Part shown: piece by piece, positions 9,136-20,600 of the stretch
How the letters are laid out: each line of letters begins with the position of its first letter
Position numbering within the stretch: position 1 is the first letter of the stretch
Origin: Armatimonadota bacterium
GTDB lineage: Bacteria; Armatimonadota; UBA10988
Direction of reading: 5' to 3'
DNA length: 35,790 nucleotides
Assembly (NCBI GenBank): GCA_016235455.1
Contig: JACRKZ010000131.1
Location: forward strand, 1 to 35,790
Made by a program: the position numbers and the translations under genes
Notes under the pieces: model-generated
What the model saw: the letters and a program-made list of their open reading frames with translations, nothing else
Database searches by the model: none
Told to the model about the DNA's origin: nothing

Positions 9136-9798
9136 ATGCAGCCCAGAGCAGCGATCTTCGATCTGGACGGCACGCTGGTTGATAGCGCCCGTCTCCACCA
9201 CGTCAGTTGGCAGCAGTTGTGCGGCGAGCTCGGCCTGCCGCCCATGACAAGCGAGGCCTTCTTCGCCTGCTTTGGCCAGGCCAACCGCGACATCATCCCC
9301 GATCTGCTGGGCCGGCCGCTGAGCGCTGAGGAGGTCGAGCGCCATTCCGAGCGCAAGGAAGCCATCTACCGCGAGGTGGCCGTGCGCGAGCTGACGCTGT
9401 TCCCCGGCGCGCGCGAACTGCTCGACGGGCTCCACGCGGACGGCTGGCAGCTGGCCATCGGCTCCTCCACGCCGCGCGCCAACCTGGCCGCGCTGGTCCC
9501 TGCGCTGGGCCTCGACGGTCTGCTCTCGGCCACGGTCGGCATGGAGGATGTCACGCGCCATAAGCCCGCGCCGGACGTGTTTCTCGAGTGCGCGCGCCGG
9601 CTGGGCGTGGCGCCCGCGCGCTGCCTGGTGTTTGAAGACGCGCCCGCCGGGGTGCAGGCGGCGGTGGCTGGCGGTATGGCCGTGGTGGGCGTGCTGACCC
9701 ATCATTCGCGCGAGTCGCTGGCCGGCGCGGTGGCTCTGGTGGACGGTTTGTGGGAACTCACCGCCGCCGACTGCGCGGCGTGGGTGGGCGCCGCCTGA
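9136..9798 (+). CDS. HAD family phosphatase (beta-phosphoglucomutase-like, subfamily IA)
   Basis: Motif I FDLDGTLVDS, motif II GSS, motif III KPAPD, motif IV FEDAPAGV. Confidence 0.92.
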   Translation: MQPRAAIFDLDGTLVDSARLHHVSWQQLCGELGLPPMTSEAFFACFGQANRDIIPDLLGRPLSAEEVERHSERKEAIYREVAVRELTLFPGARELLDGLHADGWQLAIGSSTPRANLAALVPALGLDGLLSATVGMEDVTRHKPAPDVFLECARRLGVAPARCLVFEDAPAGVQAAVAGGMAVVGVLTHHSRESLAGAVALVDGLWELTAADCAAWVGAA

Positions 9799-9855
9799 GG
9801 CGGGCCCGCAGGATGTTGCTGGCGCGCGGTGAATGCGCCGGTGCGGAGATGGACC

Positions 9856-11124
9856 GTGTCAATCGAACCTGGCTGCAGCCTGCGTACCGAAGCCGAGGTG
9901 CGTGCCTATCTGGGCGAAGCCGTGGCGCGCACGCCGATCGTCGACCTGCATACGCATCTGTATGCGCCGTGCTTTCGCGATCTGCTGCTCTACGGCGTCG
10001 ATGAACTGGTCACCTACCACTACCTGATCGCCGAGGTGCACCGCGCCGACCCGACGCTGCGACCGGCTGCTTTCTACGCGCTGAGCAAGCAACAGCAGGC
10101 CGACCTCATCTGGAAAACGCTGTTCGTCGACCGATTGCCGGTCAGCGAGGCGTGTCGCGGCATCATCACGGTGTTTGGCAAGCTCGGCATCGAGCCTGAC
10201 CGCGACGGCCTGGACAACGCGCGCGCCTTCACCGCGCAGTTCACGCCCGAGCAGTACGTCGACAAGATCCTGGGCCTGGCCAACGTGTCGTCGGTGGTCA
10301 TGACCAACGACCCGTTCGACGAGATGGAGCGGCCCATCTGGGTGGCCGGCGGCGACATCGACCCGCGCTTCCTGCCGGCCTTGCGCATCGACACGTTCCT
10401 GCTACGCTTCGCCGAGGTGGTGCCGAAGCTGCAGCTCTGGGGCTATCAGGTGGCCGCCGACACCAGCACTCAGACGCTCAGCGAGGCGCGGCGCTTCCTG
10501 ACCGACTGGATCGACATCATGCAGCCAGTCTACCTGGCCGCGTCGATGCCGCCGCAGTTCCCAGTGCCCAGCGACACGCTACAGTCGTGGCTCACCGAGC
10601 AGGTCATTGTGCCGGTCTGCCGCGAGCGCAACCTGCCCTGGGCCGTCATGCCCGGCGTGCGCCGCGCGCTGAACCCGGCGCTCGGGCAGGCCGGCGACGG
10701 CCTGGCCACCTCGGACTTGCGCTGGATCGAGTACCTGTGCGCCACCTACCCCGAGAACCGTTTCATGATCACCGTGCTGGCGCGTGAGAACCAGCACGAG
10801 CTGTGCATCATCGCGCGCAAGTTCGGCAACCTGCTGCCGTTCGGCTGCTGGTGGTTCCTCAACAACCCGAGCCTGATCGAGGAGATGACGCGCATGCGCT
10901 TCGAACTGCTCGGGCTAAGCCACATCCCGCAGCATAGCGACTGCCGCATCCTGGACCAGTTGCTCTACAAGTGGGAGCACTTCCGCCCGATCCTGACCCG
11001 CGTCATGGGCGACAAGCTGGCCGACCTGGTGCATGCCGGCTGGCAGCCCACCAAGGCGGAGGTCGATCGCGATGTGGAGCGGTTGCTGGCGGGGAACTTC
11101 AAGGCCTTCGCCGGGCTGGACTGA
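9856..11124 (+). CDS. uxaC: Uronate (glucuronate) isomerase, Bacillus halodurans-type amidohydrolase fold
   Basis: DLHTHL metal motif, TYHYLIAE, MTNDPFD, GCWWFLNNP, PQHSDCRILDQLLYKW. GTG start at 9856 after GGAG. Confidence 0.85.
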   Translation: MSIEPGCSLRTEAEVRAYLGEAVARTPIVDLHTHLYAPCFRDLLLYGVDELVTYHYLIAEVHRADPTLRPAAFYALSKQQQADLIWKTLFVDRLPVSEACRGIITVFGKLGIEPDRDGLDNARAFTAQFTPEQYVDKILGLANVSSVVMTNDPFDEMERPIWVAGGDIDPRFLPALRIDTFLLRFAEVVPKLQLWGYQVAADTSTQTLSEARRFLTDWIDIMQPVYLAASMPPQFPVPSDTLQSWLTEQVIVPVCRERNLPWAVMPGVRRALNPALGQAGDGLATSDLRWIEYLCATYPENRFMITVLARENQHELCIIARKFGNLLPFGCWWFLNNPSLIEEMTRMRFELLGLSHIPQHSDCRILDQLLYKWEHFRPILTRVMGDKLADLVHAGWQPTKAEVDRDVERLLAGNFKAFAGLD

Positions 11125-11136
11125 GCGGCGCGGCGG

Positions 11137-11526
11137 CTAGAGCGGCTGGCGGCCCGAGAAGCCGGAATCGAGCGCGTGCCACCAGGCGACATCGGCCTCG
11201 CCCATCTGCCAGCACAGCAGGATCTCCTCGCCGTCTTCGCGCAGATGCGGGAAGTCGCACAGGCCGCGTGCCAGGTCCTTGACCTGCACGCCGGCCTCGA
11301 CGAATCGTTCCGCAACCACCCGCCACCGGACGGACAGTTCGGCCCAGCGGCCCAGGCCGGCGCCGCCCACGTTGTGGGTCTCGGCGCGCAGCAGCAGGTC
11401 ACGATGCAGGTCGGCCAGGGGCGCCAGTTGCTCGTCGAGCCGCCAGAGCTCGGCCAGCCAGACGCGCAGGCTGGGCAGCAGGGCATTGGCCTGGTCGACA
11501 CTGAAGTGCTGATCGAACTGCGGCAT
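11137..11526 (-). CDS. DUF2203 family protein
   Basis: FSVDQANALLP, GVQVKDLARGLCDFP, LCWQMGE..V.WWH..DSGFSGRQPL; GAGG RBS before ATG 11526. Confidence 0.85.
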   Translation of the reverse strand: MPQFDQHFSVDQANALLPSLRVWLAELWRLDEQLAPLADLHRDLLLRAETHNVGGAGLGRWAELSVRWRVVAERFVEAGVQVKDLARGLCDFPHLREDGEEILLCWQMGEADVAWWHALDSGFSGRQPL

Positions 11527-11533
11527 GGACACC

Positions 11534-11965
11534 TCAGCGCTGGCTGCAGGCGGCGCAGCGGCCGGTGATGACGAGTCGGTGACTGGTGGCCACGAAGCCG
11601 TGCTCGGCCTGGGCCATCTGGTACAGTCGGTCGACGCAGGGGTTGGGCATCTCCATGATGGCGCCGCACTCGGTGCAGACCAGATGGTCGTGGAGTGGCT
11701 CGCCGAACACGGCTTCATAGCGCGCCGCGCCATCGGGGAAGCGGCGCTCCTGGGCCAAGCCGGCGGCCACCAGGGTCTTGAGCGAGCGATACACTGTGGC
11801 CAGCCCCACCTTGGTGCCCTCGTCGAGCATCACGTGGTAGAGTTCCTCGGCGCTCAAGTGACCTTCGGCGGCCAGGAATCGCTCGGCGACCAGCAGGCGC
11901 TGGCGCGTGACTTTCTGACCCGTCTTGGCCAGGTAGCCAACCAACAGCTCGATCTCGGGCCGCAT
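11534..11965 (-). CDS. Fur family transcriptional regulator
   Basis: KVTRQR, HLSAEELY, VGLATVYRSLK, HDHLVCTECG, GRCAAC; GAGGAG RBS before ATG 11965. The subfamily (Fur/Zur/PerR) cannot be resolved. Confidence 0.92.
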   Translation of the reverse strand: MRPEIELLVGYLAKTGQKVTRQRLLVAERFLAAEGHLSAEELYHVMLDEGTKVGLATVYRSLKTLVAAGLAQERRFPDGAARYEAVFGEPLHDHLVCTECGAIMEMPNPCVDRLYQMAQAEHGFVATSHRLVITGRCAACSQR

Positions 11966-12025
11966 GGGCGCTCCTCGTCGCAGGAAGGCCATGGTACCAC
12001 GGCCCACATCGCTGCGCCATGGCAC

Positions 12026-12054
12026 TTGACAGTGCCGTCGGCACGGCTTACACC
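12026..12054 (+). promoter_or_regulatory. Putative ppk2 promoter overlapped by palindromes
   Basis: Perfect TTGACA, N17, TACACC; palindromes GGCACT-N4-AGTGCC and GTGCCG-T-CGGCAC overlap it. Confidence 0.5.
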
Positions 12055-12125
12055 CTAGAGTGCTGGGTCGTGCATGCTCGCGGTGACCGCTGGCCGCCGC
12101 GCGATCGCGGGAAGTGAGCGAGATC

Positions 12126-13010
12126 ATGGCCAAGAAGGCACAAGCCGAGAAGGAACCCAAGGGCGGCAAGGGCAAGCCGGCACCCGCCACCGTGACGACG
12201 TCCGATGGTGGTCCACCCCAGGCGCCATCGGGCAAGCTCAAGACCAAGTACTACGAGGAGGAACTGGCCAAGCTGCACGTGGAGTTGGTCAAACTGCAGG
12301 AGTGGATCCGCGCCCAGAAGCTCAAGGTGGTGGTGCTGTTCGAGGGGCGCGACGCCGCCGGCAAGGGCGGCGCCATCAAGCGCATCACCGAATGCATGAA
12401 CCCCCGCGTGGCCCGGGTCGTGGCCCTGGGCACGCCGACCGAGCGCGAGAAGAGCCAATGGTACTTCCAGCGCTACGTGCCGCACCTGCCGGCGGCCGGC
12501 GAGCTGGTGCTGTTCGACCGCAGTTGGTACAACCGCGCCGGCGTCGAGCGGGTCATGGGCTTTTGCACCGAGGAGGAGTACTCCGAGTTCCTGCGTTCTT
12601 GCCCCGAGTTCGAGCGCATGCTCGTGCGCTCGGGCATCGTGCTGGTCAAGTACTGGTTCTCGGTCAGCGACGAGGAGCAGGAACGGCGGTTCCAGTCACG
12701 CATCGACGACCCCACCAAGCGCTGGAAGCTCAGCCCCATGGACCTCGAGTCCCGCGCGCGCTGGGGCCTCTACAGCCAGGCCAAGGACGAGATGTTCTCG
12801 TACACGGACATCAAGCAGGTGCCGTGGTACGTCGTGGATGCCAACGACAAGAAGCGGGCGCGGCTCAACTGCATCTCGCATCTGCTGTCGTTGATCCCCT
12901 ACGAGGACCTGACTCCGCCGCCGCTGGTGTTGCCGCCGCGCCAGGATGCGGTGGGCTACGTGCGCCCGCCCATCACTGACCAGTCCTGGGTGCCCAACCG
13001 CTATCCCTAA
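12126..13010 (+). CDS. ppk2: Polyphosphate kinase 2 (single domain)
   Basis: Walker A FEGRDAAGKGG, QWYFQRY, FDRSWYNRAGVE, KRWKLSPMD, DKKRARLN. The start is 12126 or 12114. Confidence 0.95.
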   Translation: MAKKAQAEKEPKGGKGKPAPATVTTSDGGPPQAPSGKLKTKYYEEELAKLHVELVKLQEWIRAQKLKVVVLFEGRDAAGKGGAIKRITECMNPRVARVVALGTPTEREKSQWYFQRYVPHLPAAGELVLFDRSWYNRAGVERVMGFCTEEEYSEFLRSCPEFERMLVRSGIVLVKYWFSVSDEEQERRFQSRIDDPTKRWKLSPMDLESRARWGLYSQAKDEMFSYTDIKQVPWYVVDANDKKRARLNCISHLLSLIPYEDLTPPPLVLPPRQDAVGYVRPPITDQSWVPNRYP

Positions 13011-13032
13011 GGCGCGCAGGCCGAGCCTGACA

Positions 13033-13068
13033 AACCAACAGCGCCCCGGCCTTGCGGCCGGGGCGCTG
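13033..13068 (-). terminator. Rho-independent terminator of hppA
   Basis: Perfect 13-bp stem CAGCGCCCCGGCC/GGCCGGGGCGCTG, GCAA (GNRA) loop on the minus strand, followed by TTGGTTT; between convergent ppk2 and hppA. Confidence 0.8.
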
Positions 13069-13091
13069 ACTGCCTTGTACTGGGGCCTGAG

Positions 13092-15470
<2,379 letters not shown>

Positions 15471-15737
15471 GGGTCTGCTTACCCTTTCAGACGCTTTGCG
15501 TCTTTGGCGGACAGCCCGCGGCCACCTGGCCACGGGATACGCACTATCAACGCCGACGGTTTGGCCGCCGGTGCTGCACGACATCACCAAGCACCGCTCT
15601 CGCCAGACTCCACTCTCGGGGCACACCTGCCCCCCAGCGCGGCCTTGGCCGCCGATTCTGGGTGATGACTGCGCGCGACTGCAACTGCTTGTCCGCGAAC
15701 ACTTCCTCAGCGTTCAACGAGTCTGCCAACCCCCGGA

Positions 15738-15766
15738 TTGACCGTGGGTTGGCCCGCGATGATAAT
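15738..15766 (+). promoter_or_regulatory. Putative sigma70-type promoter for the pfkA-comF-tamB run
   Basis: TTGACC-N17-GATAAT; the -35 lies at the centre of an inverted repeat (15725..15753). Confidence 0.55.
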
Positions 15767-15838
15767 ACCCCCGACCGCCCTTTGACTCAACACTTACGTC
15801 GGAGAGTCTCGGAGTCGGCGGCGGCTGGGATGGTAGCA

Positions 15839-16834
15839 ATGAAGCGCATCGGGGTGCTCTGCAGTGGTGGTGATTCGCCGGGGATGAATGCGTGTGTGCG
15901 CGCGGTGGTGCGCACCGGCCTGGGCCTGGGGCTTGAGGTGTTTGGCGTTGAGCGCGGCTACACCGGACTCGTGAACGGTGTGGTGCGGCCGCTTGTCTCC
16001 CACGACGTCAGCGGCATCATCAACCATGGCGGCACCATCGTCCGCACGGCGCGCTGCCCTGAGTTCCGTGAGGCCGAGGGCCGGGCGCGCGCCGCGGAGC
16101 ACTGCCGCCGGTTGGGCATCGAGGGGCTGGTGGTCTGCGGTGGCGACGGCTCGTTCGCCGGCGGCCGGCAGTTCTGGCACGAGCATGGCATCGGCATCGC
16201 CGGCACGCCCGGCACCATCGACAACGACCTGGCCGGCACGGACTTCACCATCGGCTTCGACACCGCGGTGAACACCGCTGTCGAAGCGTGCGACAAGATC
16301 CGCGATACCGCCGACTCCCACGACCGGGTGTTCGTGGTCGAGGTGATGGGCCGCGCCAGCGGCTCCATCGCGCTGCAGGTGGCAGTGGCCGCCGGTGCCG
16401 AGGTGGTGCTGCTGCCCGAGCGCCCGCAGGTCGGGCCCGAGCAGGTGGCCGCGCTCATGGCGCAGGCGCGCGCCCTGGGCAAGACCTCCATGCTGGTCAT
16501 CGTGGCCGAAGGCGCCGGCACCGGCCAGGGCGTGGCCCATGCCATCGAGTTGGCCACCTCGGGGCTCAGCGTGCGCGCCTCCGTGCTCGGCTATATCCAG
16601 CGCGGCGGTTCACCGACCAGCAACGACCGTGTGCTGGCCACCATGACCGGCGCCGGCGCGGTGCACGCGCTGGTCGATCTCGGGCCAGCTTGCTGCCACC
16701 ACATCGGTGTGGTCACGGGCGCGGTGACGCGCACGCCGCTGGACGACGTGGTGGGCCGGCCCAAGCCGCTGCCCGCCGACCTGCTCGAGCTGGTCGACGT
16801 CTCATCGGGGCTGCGCCTGCCGTCGTTGGCTTAG
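15839..16834 (+). CDS. pfkA: 6-phosphofructokinase, ATP-dependent type
   Basis: MKRIGVLCSGGDSPGMNA, GGDGS, PGTIDND, IGFDTA, VEVMGR, LGYIQRGG; start ATG 15839. Confidence 0.93.
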   Translation: MKRIGVLCSGGDSPGMNACVRAVVRTGLGLGLEVFGVERGYTGLVNGVVRPLVSHDVSGIINHGGTIVRTARCPEFREAEGRARAAEHCRRLGIEGLVVCGGDGSFAGGRQFWHEHGIGIAGTPGTIDNDLAGTDFTIGFDTAVNTAVEACDKIRDTADSHDRVFVVEVMGRASGSIALQVAVAAGAEVVLLPERPQVGPEQVAALMAQARALGKTSMLVIVAEGAGTGQGVAHAIELATSGLSVRASVLGYIQRGGSPTSNDRVLATMTGAGAVHALVDLGPACCHHIGVVTGAVTRTPLDDVVGRPKPLPADLLELVDVSSGLRLPSLA

Positions 16835-16837
16835 CCG

Positions 16838-17647
16838 GTGGCTCGCGCGGTTCTGGCCTGGCTGGCCAGGTGGCTCTTCCCAGCGCGTTGCCAGGGCTGC
16901 GGCCGACTGGGCCCGGAGCCGCTGTGCGACGCCTGCCTGCCGCGCGTACCGCTGATGCTGCTACCCCGTTGTCGATGGTGCGGCCACTGGCTCGACCCCC
17001 TGGCGCGCGGCGTCGAACGCTGCGCCGACTGTCGTTCGGCGCGCGCGGACGACCTGCTGCTGGCGCGCTCGGCGGCGCCGCACGAGGGTCTGACGCGACG
17101 GCTCGTGGTGCGGCTCAAGTACCACCGGCATCAGGCCGCCGCCGAGGCCCTGGGGGCTATCCTTCGCCGCTGGCTGCGTCATGATGAAGAAGCGGCCCGC
17201 GCGCTGCCGTTGGACAGTGCGGCGGCGCTCGTGCCCGTGCCGCTGCACCGACGGCGCCAGCGGTGGCGGAGCTTCAACCAGGCCCGGCTGCTGGCCGAGA
17301 CGCTGGCCGAAGAGTGCGGTCTGCCGGTGGTGGAGGCGCTGGTGCGGGTGCGACCCACGCGGCCGCAGGTGGGGCTGGCGGCCGCCGCGCGCGAACGCAA
17401 TGTCAAGGGCGCGTTCGCCGCTCGCGACGAATGTATCGTGTCGGGTGCCACCTATGTACTGGTGGATGACGTCTATACCAGTGGGGCGACGTTGCGCGAG
17501 TGTGCACGCACGTTGCGTGCCGCGGGTGCTGGCCAGGTGGTCGCGGTGACCGTGGCGCGGCCTATCCGCGAGGATCTGCTCGGGTTGGCGCGCCGTTGGA
17601 CGGCCGAGATGGATCGGTCGTCCGATGGCGAAGGACGCGCTTTGTGA
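16838..17647 (+). CDS. comF: ComF family protein (double zinc ribbon + phosphoribosyltransferase domain)
   Basis: CQGC..LCDAC..CRWC..CADC, LKY, VPVPLH..R...FNQA, R.RNVKGAF, VLVDDVYTSGAT. Confidence 0.9.
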   Translation: MARAVLAWLARWLFPARCQGCGRLGPEPLCDACLPRVPLMLLPRCRWCGHWLDPLARGVERCADCRSARADDLLLARSAAPHEGLTRRLVVRLKYHRHQAAAEALGAILRRWLRHDEEAARALPLDSAAALVPVPLHRRRQRWRSFNQARLLAETLAEECGLPVVEALVRVRPTRPQVGLAAAARERNVKGAFAARDECIVSGATYVLVDDVYTSGATLRECARTLRAAGAGQVVAVTVARPIREDLLGLARRWTAEMDRSSDGEGRAL

Positions 17648-20600
17648 GCCAAGAGCCGGACAACCAGGCCCCGTCGGCGCTACCGCCGGCAGCCAACCGC
17701 CATCGGCGGTGGTTGCTCCTGCTTGCCCTCGGCGCCGTGGTGGCCATGGTGGTTACCATGCCCGTCGGGCCCCAGCACGGTGCCGTGCGCGCCAAGCTGG
17801 TGTCGGCCCTGGAACAGCAGACGGGCCGCCAGGTACGCATCGGCCGGGTGTGGGGCTCGCTGTGGCAGGGCCTGGTCATCGAGCAGGTCTCGCTCTCCGA
17901 CGAGGGCGGTTTTGGCGCCGACGGGCGCAACATCCAGTTGACCTGCGATCGCATCCGCATCCGCTACCACCTGCTGACCATGGCGCGCACGCGCGACCCG
18001 ATGCGTGGCATCAGTTCGGTGGTGCTGGAGCATCCCCAGGCCAAGCTGACCTGGCGGGCCGACGGCACGGTAGACCTGGTGGAGCTGTTCCGCCGCAAGA
18101 AGCCGGTGCCGGACGAGGTGACGACCTTCACCGGTCGGGTGCGACTGAGCCGCGGCATGATCCTGCTCGTGGATGAGCGGCATCCCATCGCCGGCCGGCC
18201 CCGACGCCACGACCTGCGCGAGGCCGACCTCGACGTACGCTTCCTGTCGCGCGGCCATGCGCGCGTGGCACTGGAATCGACGGTGCCCGGCACGGTGGAG
18301 CGTGTGGCGCTGGGCGGTGACCTGGTGCTCGACGGCGGCTGGCGCTTCGACGGCCATGGCGCGCTCGAACATGCGCGCCTGGAGCAGTTTGCGCCGTACC
18401 TCAACGGCCCGCTGGCGCCGAACGTGGAGTTGCGCTCGGGTCTCCTGTCGGTCAGAGGCACTTTCCGGCTCAACCGGCCGCGCGACCCCAAGCTGCCGTT
18501 CGACTCCGGCTACGACCTGCAACTCGAGGCCGAAGGCTGCAGCCTGCGCAGTACGCCGTTCCGCGAGGCCGGGATGGGCGTGACCGGCCGCGCCCGCTAT
18601 CGGCAGCAGAGCACGGCGAACCACACCTTCAACCCCGAGGACGGCGTCTGGTTCGACAACCTGCGGTTCACGATGATCGGCGCCCGGGCCACGCTCAATG
18701 GCCGGCTGATCGGCATCAGCCAGCTGGCGCTCGACCTGCGCATCGCGGTCGAGCAGTTGTCCATGCGGCGGCTGGCCGGTGCGCTCAGAGTGCCCGGCTG
18801 GCTGGCCCAGATGACCGGCGACGGCACAACCAGCGGCGAGTTGCGGTGGTCTGGCCGCGGCGGCGCATGGCGGTTGGCGGGCCGCGCTGCGCCACGCGGT
18901 GTGGGCTGGGCCGGTGTGGCCCGCGTCGATGGCGGCCGGCTGGACTTCGATCTCAAGCAGGACCGCGCCGCGAGCGACGGCTGGGCTGGCCGCGTCGACC
19001 TGGTGGGCGTCGACGCCGTCACGCCACGGCTGGCCGCGCCGCTGACCGGCTGGCGCGGACGCGTCGTACTGGACCACGGCCAGGTGGCGCTCGACCGGCT
19101 CAGCGGGCGACTGGGTGGCGCCGCCCTGGAGATCGATGGCCGCCTGCTGGGCGTCGGCGGCGGTCGTCGCCCCGACCTCGACCTGCGGCTGGCCACCACC
19201 GGCCTGAGCCCGTTGGTGCTGCGGCCGCTGCTGCCCGCGCGCTGGCAGCCCCGCGAGGCCGGCGGCGGCCTGACGGGCGAGATCAGGCTGCGCGGCGCGA
19301 TCGGCTCGCTCAATGTCGCGGGCCATCTGGCCTTCCCGGCGCTGACCGTGGCACAGGGCCGGTTGCTGGGGGGCCGTGCCGCGTTCGATCTGCGGCTTGG
19401 TACCGCCATCGTCGGTTGGGCCGACCTGACCGACGTGGGCCTGTCCACACCGCGGCTTGGCGTGCCCCTGACCGGCATCACCGGTCGCCTGGAACTGGCC
19501 GGCGGCGAGATCACCGCGCACGGTCTGCGCGGCCGGCTGGGCGGTGACGCCCTGCTGGTCGAGGGGCGCGTGCGGCAGGACTTCTCGCACTTCGCGCTGA
19601 CCATCGACGCGCCTGATTTCGATTTGGGCCGCAGCCTGGTGGTCGCCGGCGGCGCCAACCTGGCGGCGCGCGGACGCGCCTCGGCGCGGCTGCGGCTGGT
19701 GGGCTCGCCGCAGCGCCTCCAGGTCTCTGGCCGAGCCACCGTGCCGTACCTGCGCGGCCATGGCTGGCAGTGGGGCCAGGGACGTGTGGCGCTCGATGTC
19801 GAGTTGCAGCCGCGGCTGGGCGTCGAGGGCCTGCGCGGCTGGCTGCGGGTCGAGGACGCGCGGCTGCGGGTGCGCGGCGTCGACGGCCTGCTGACGATCG
19901 CGCGCGCCGATCTCTACCCGGCCGGTGATCGGCTGCGTATCGAGCGCCTGACCGGCGCGGTGAACGGCGATACACTGGCCGCCAGCGGCCTGATCGTCGG
20001 CTTGCGACGCGTGCGCTCGTTGGACGTGCTGGTGACCAGCGCCGAGCTGAGCCAGAGCGGCTGGAGCGCACTGGCCAAGGGCAACGCGCTGCGACTCGAC
20101 CAGCCCGCGGCCGTCGACCTGCACGTGCACGGCACCTGGCCGACACCTACCATCGACGGCACCATCGCCACGGCCGGCGCCACCTGGACCGGTGAGCAGC
20201 CGGTGACGCTGGCGGGCAGCGTGGAGGTGGCGCTGACGCCGGCGGCCGCCGGCCAGCCTCGACCGCCGCTGCCCGCGACCGGGCAGGTGCGCTTGCGCGA
20301 TGTGCGCGTCACCAGCGACCAGCTCGGCGCGCCGCTGAGCGGGCTCAACGGCTGGCTGCGCCTGGCGCGCGACGGCAGCATCAGCATCGTTCGCGAGCGC
20401 GACAGTCTGGTGCCGGGCGAACTGGCCGGTCGGCTGGGCGACAGCCCGCTACGGGTGGCAGGTGCGGTCTGGTCGCGCGGGCGGAACCCGTGGGAGCTGG
20501 ACCTCGTGGCCGACACGCCGGCGCTGGCCGTGGCCGACGTGAGGTCGGCGCTGAGCCGCCTCAAGGAGCCGCCGCAGTTGGCTGGCGAGGGCACCTTCGC

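Noticed and set aside
15486-15505. GACGCAAAGC as a c-di-GMP-I riboswitch core
   Set aside because: Only the short core matches; the GCAAACC/GAAA hairpin and downstream stem are not correctly placed, and the motif forms a simple local hairpin.
15839-16834. PPi-dependent PFK (pfp) suggested by adjacency to hppA
   Set aside because: The signature residues GGDG and PGTIDND are those of the ATP-dependent type.
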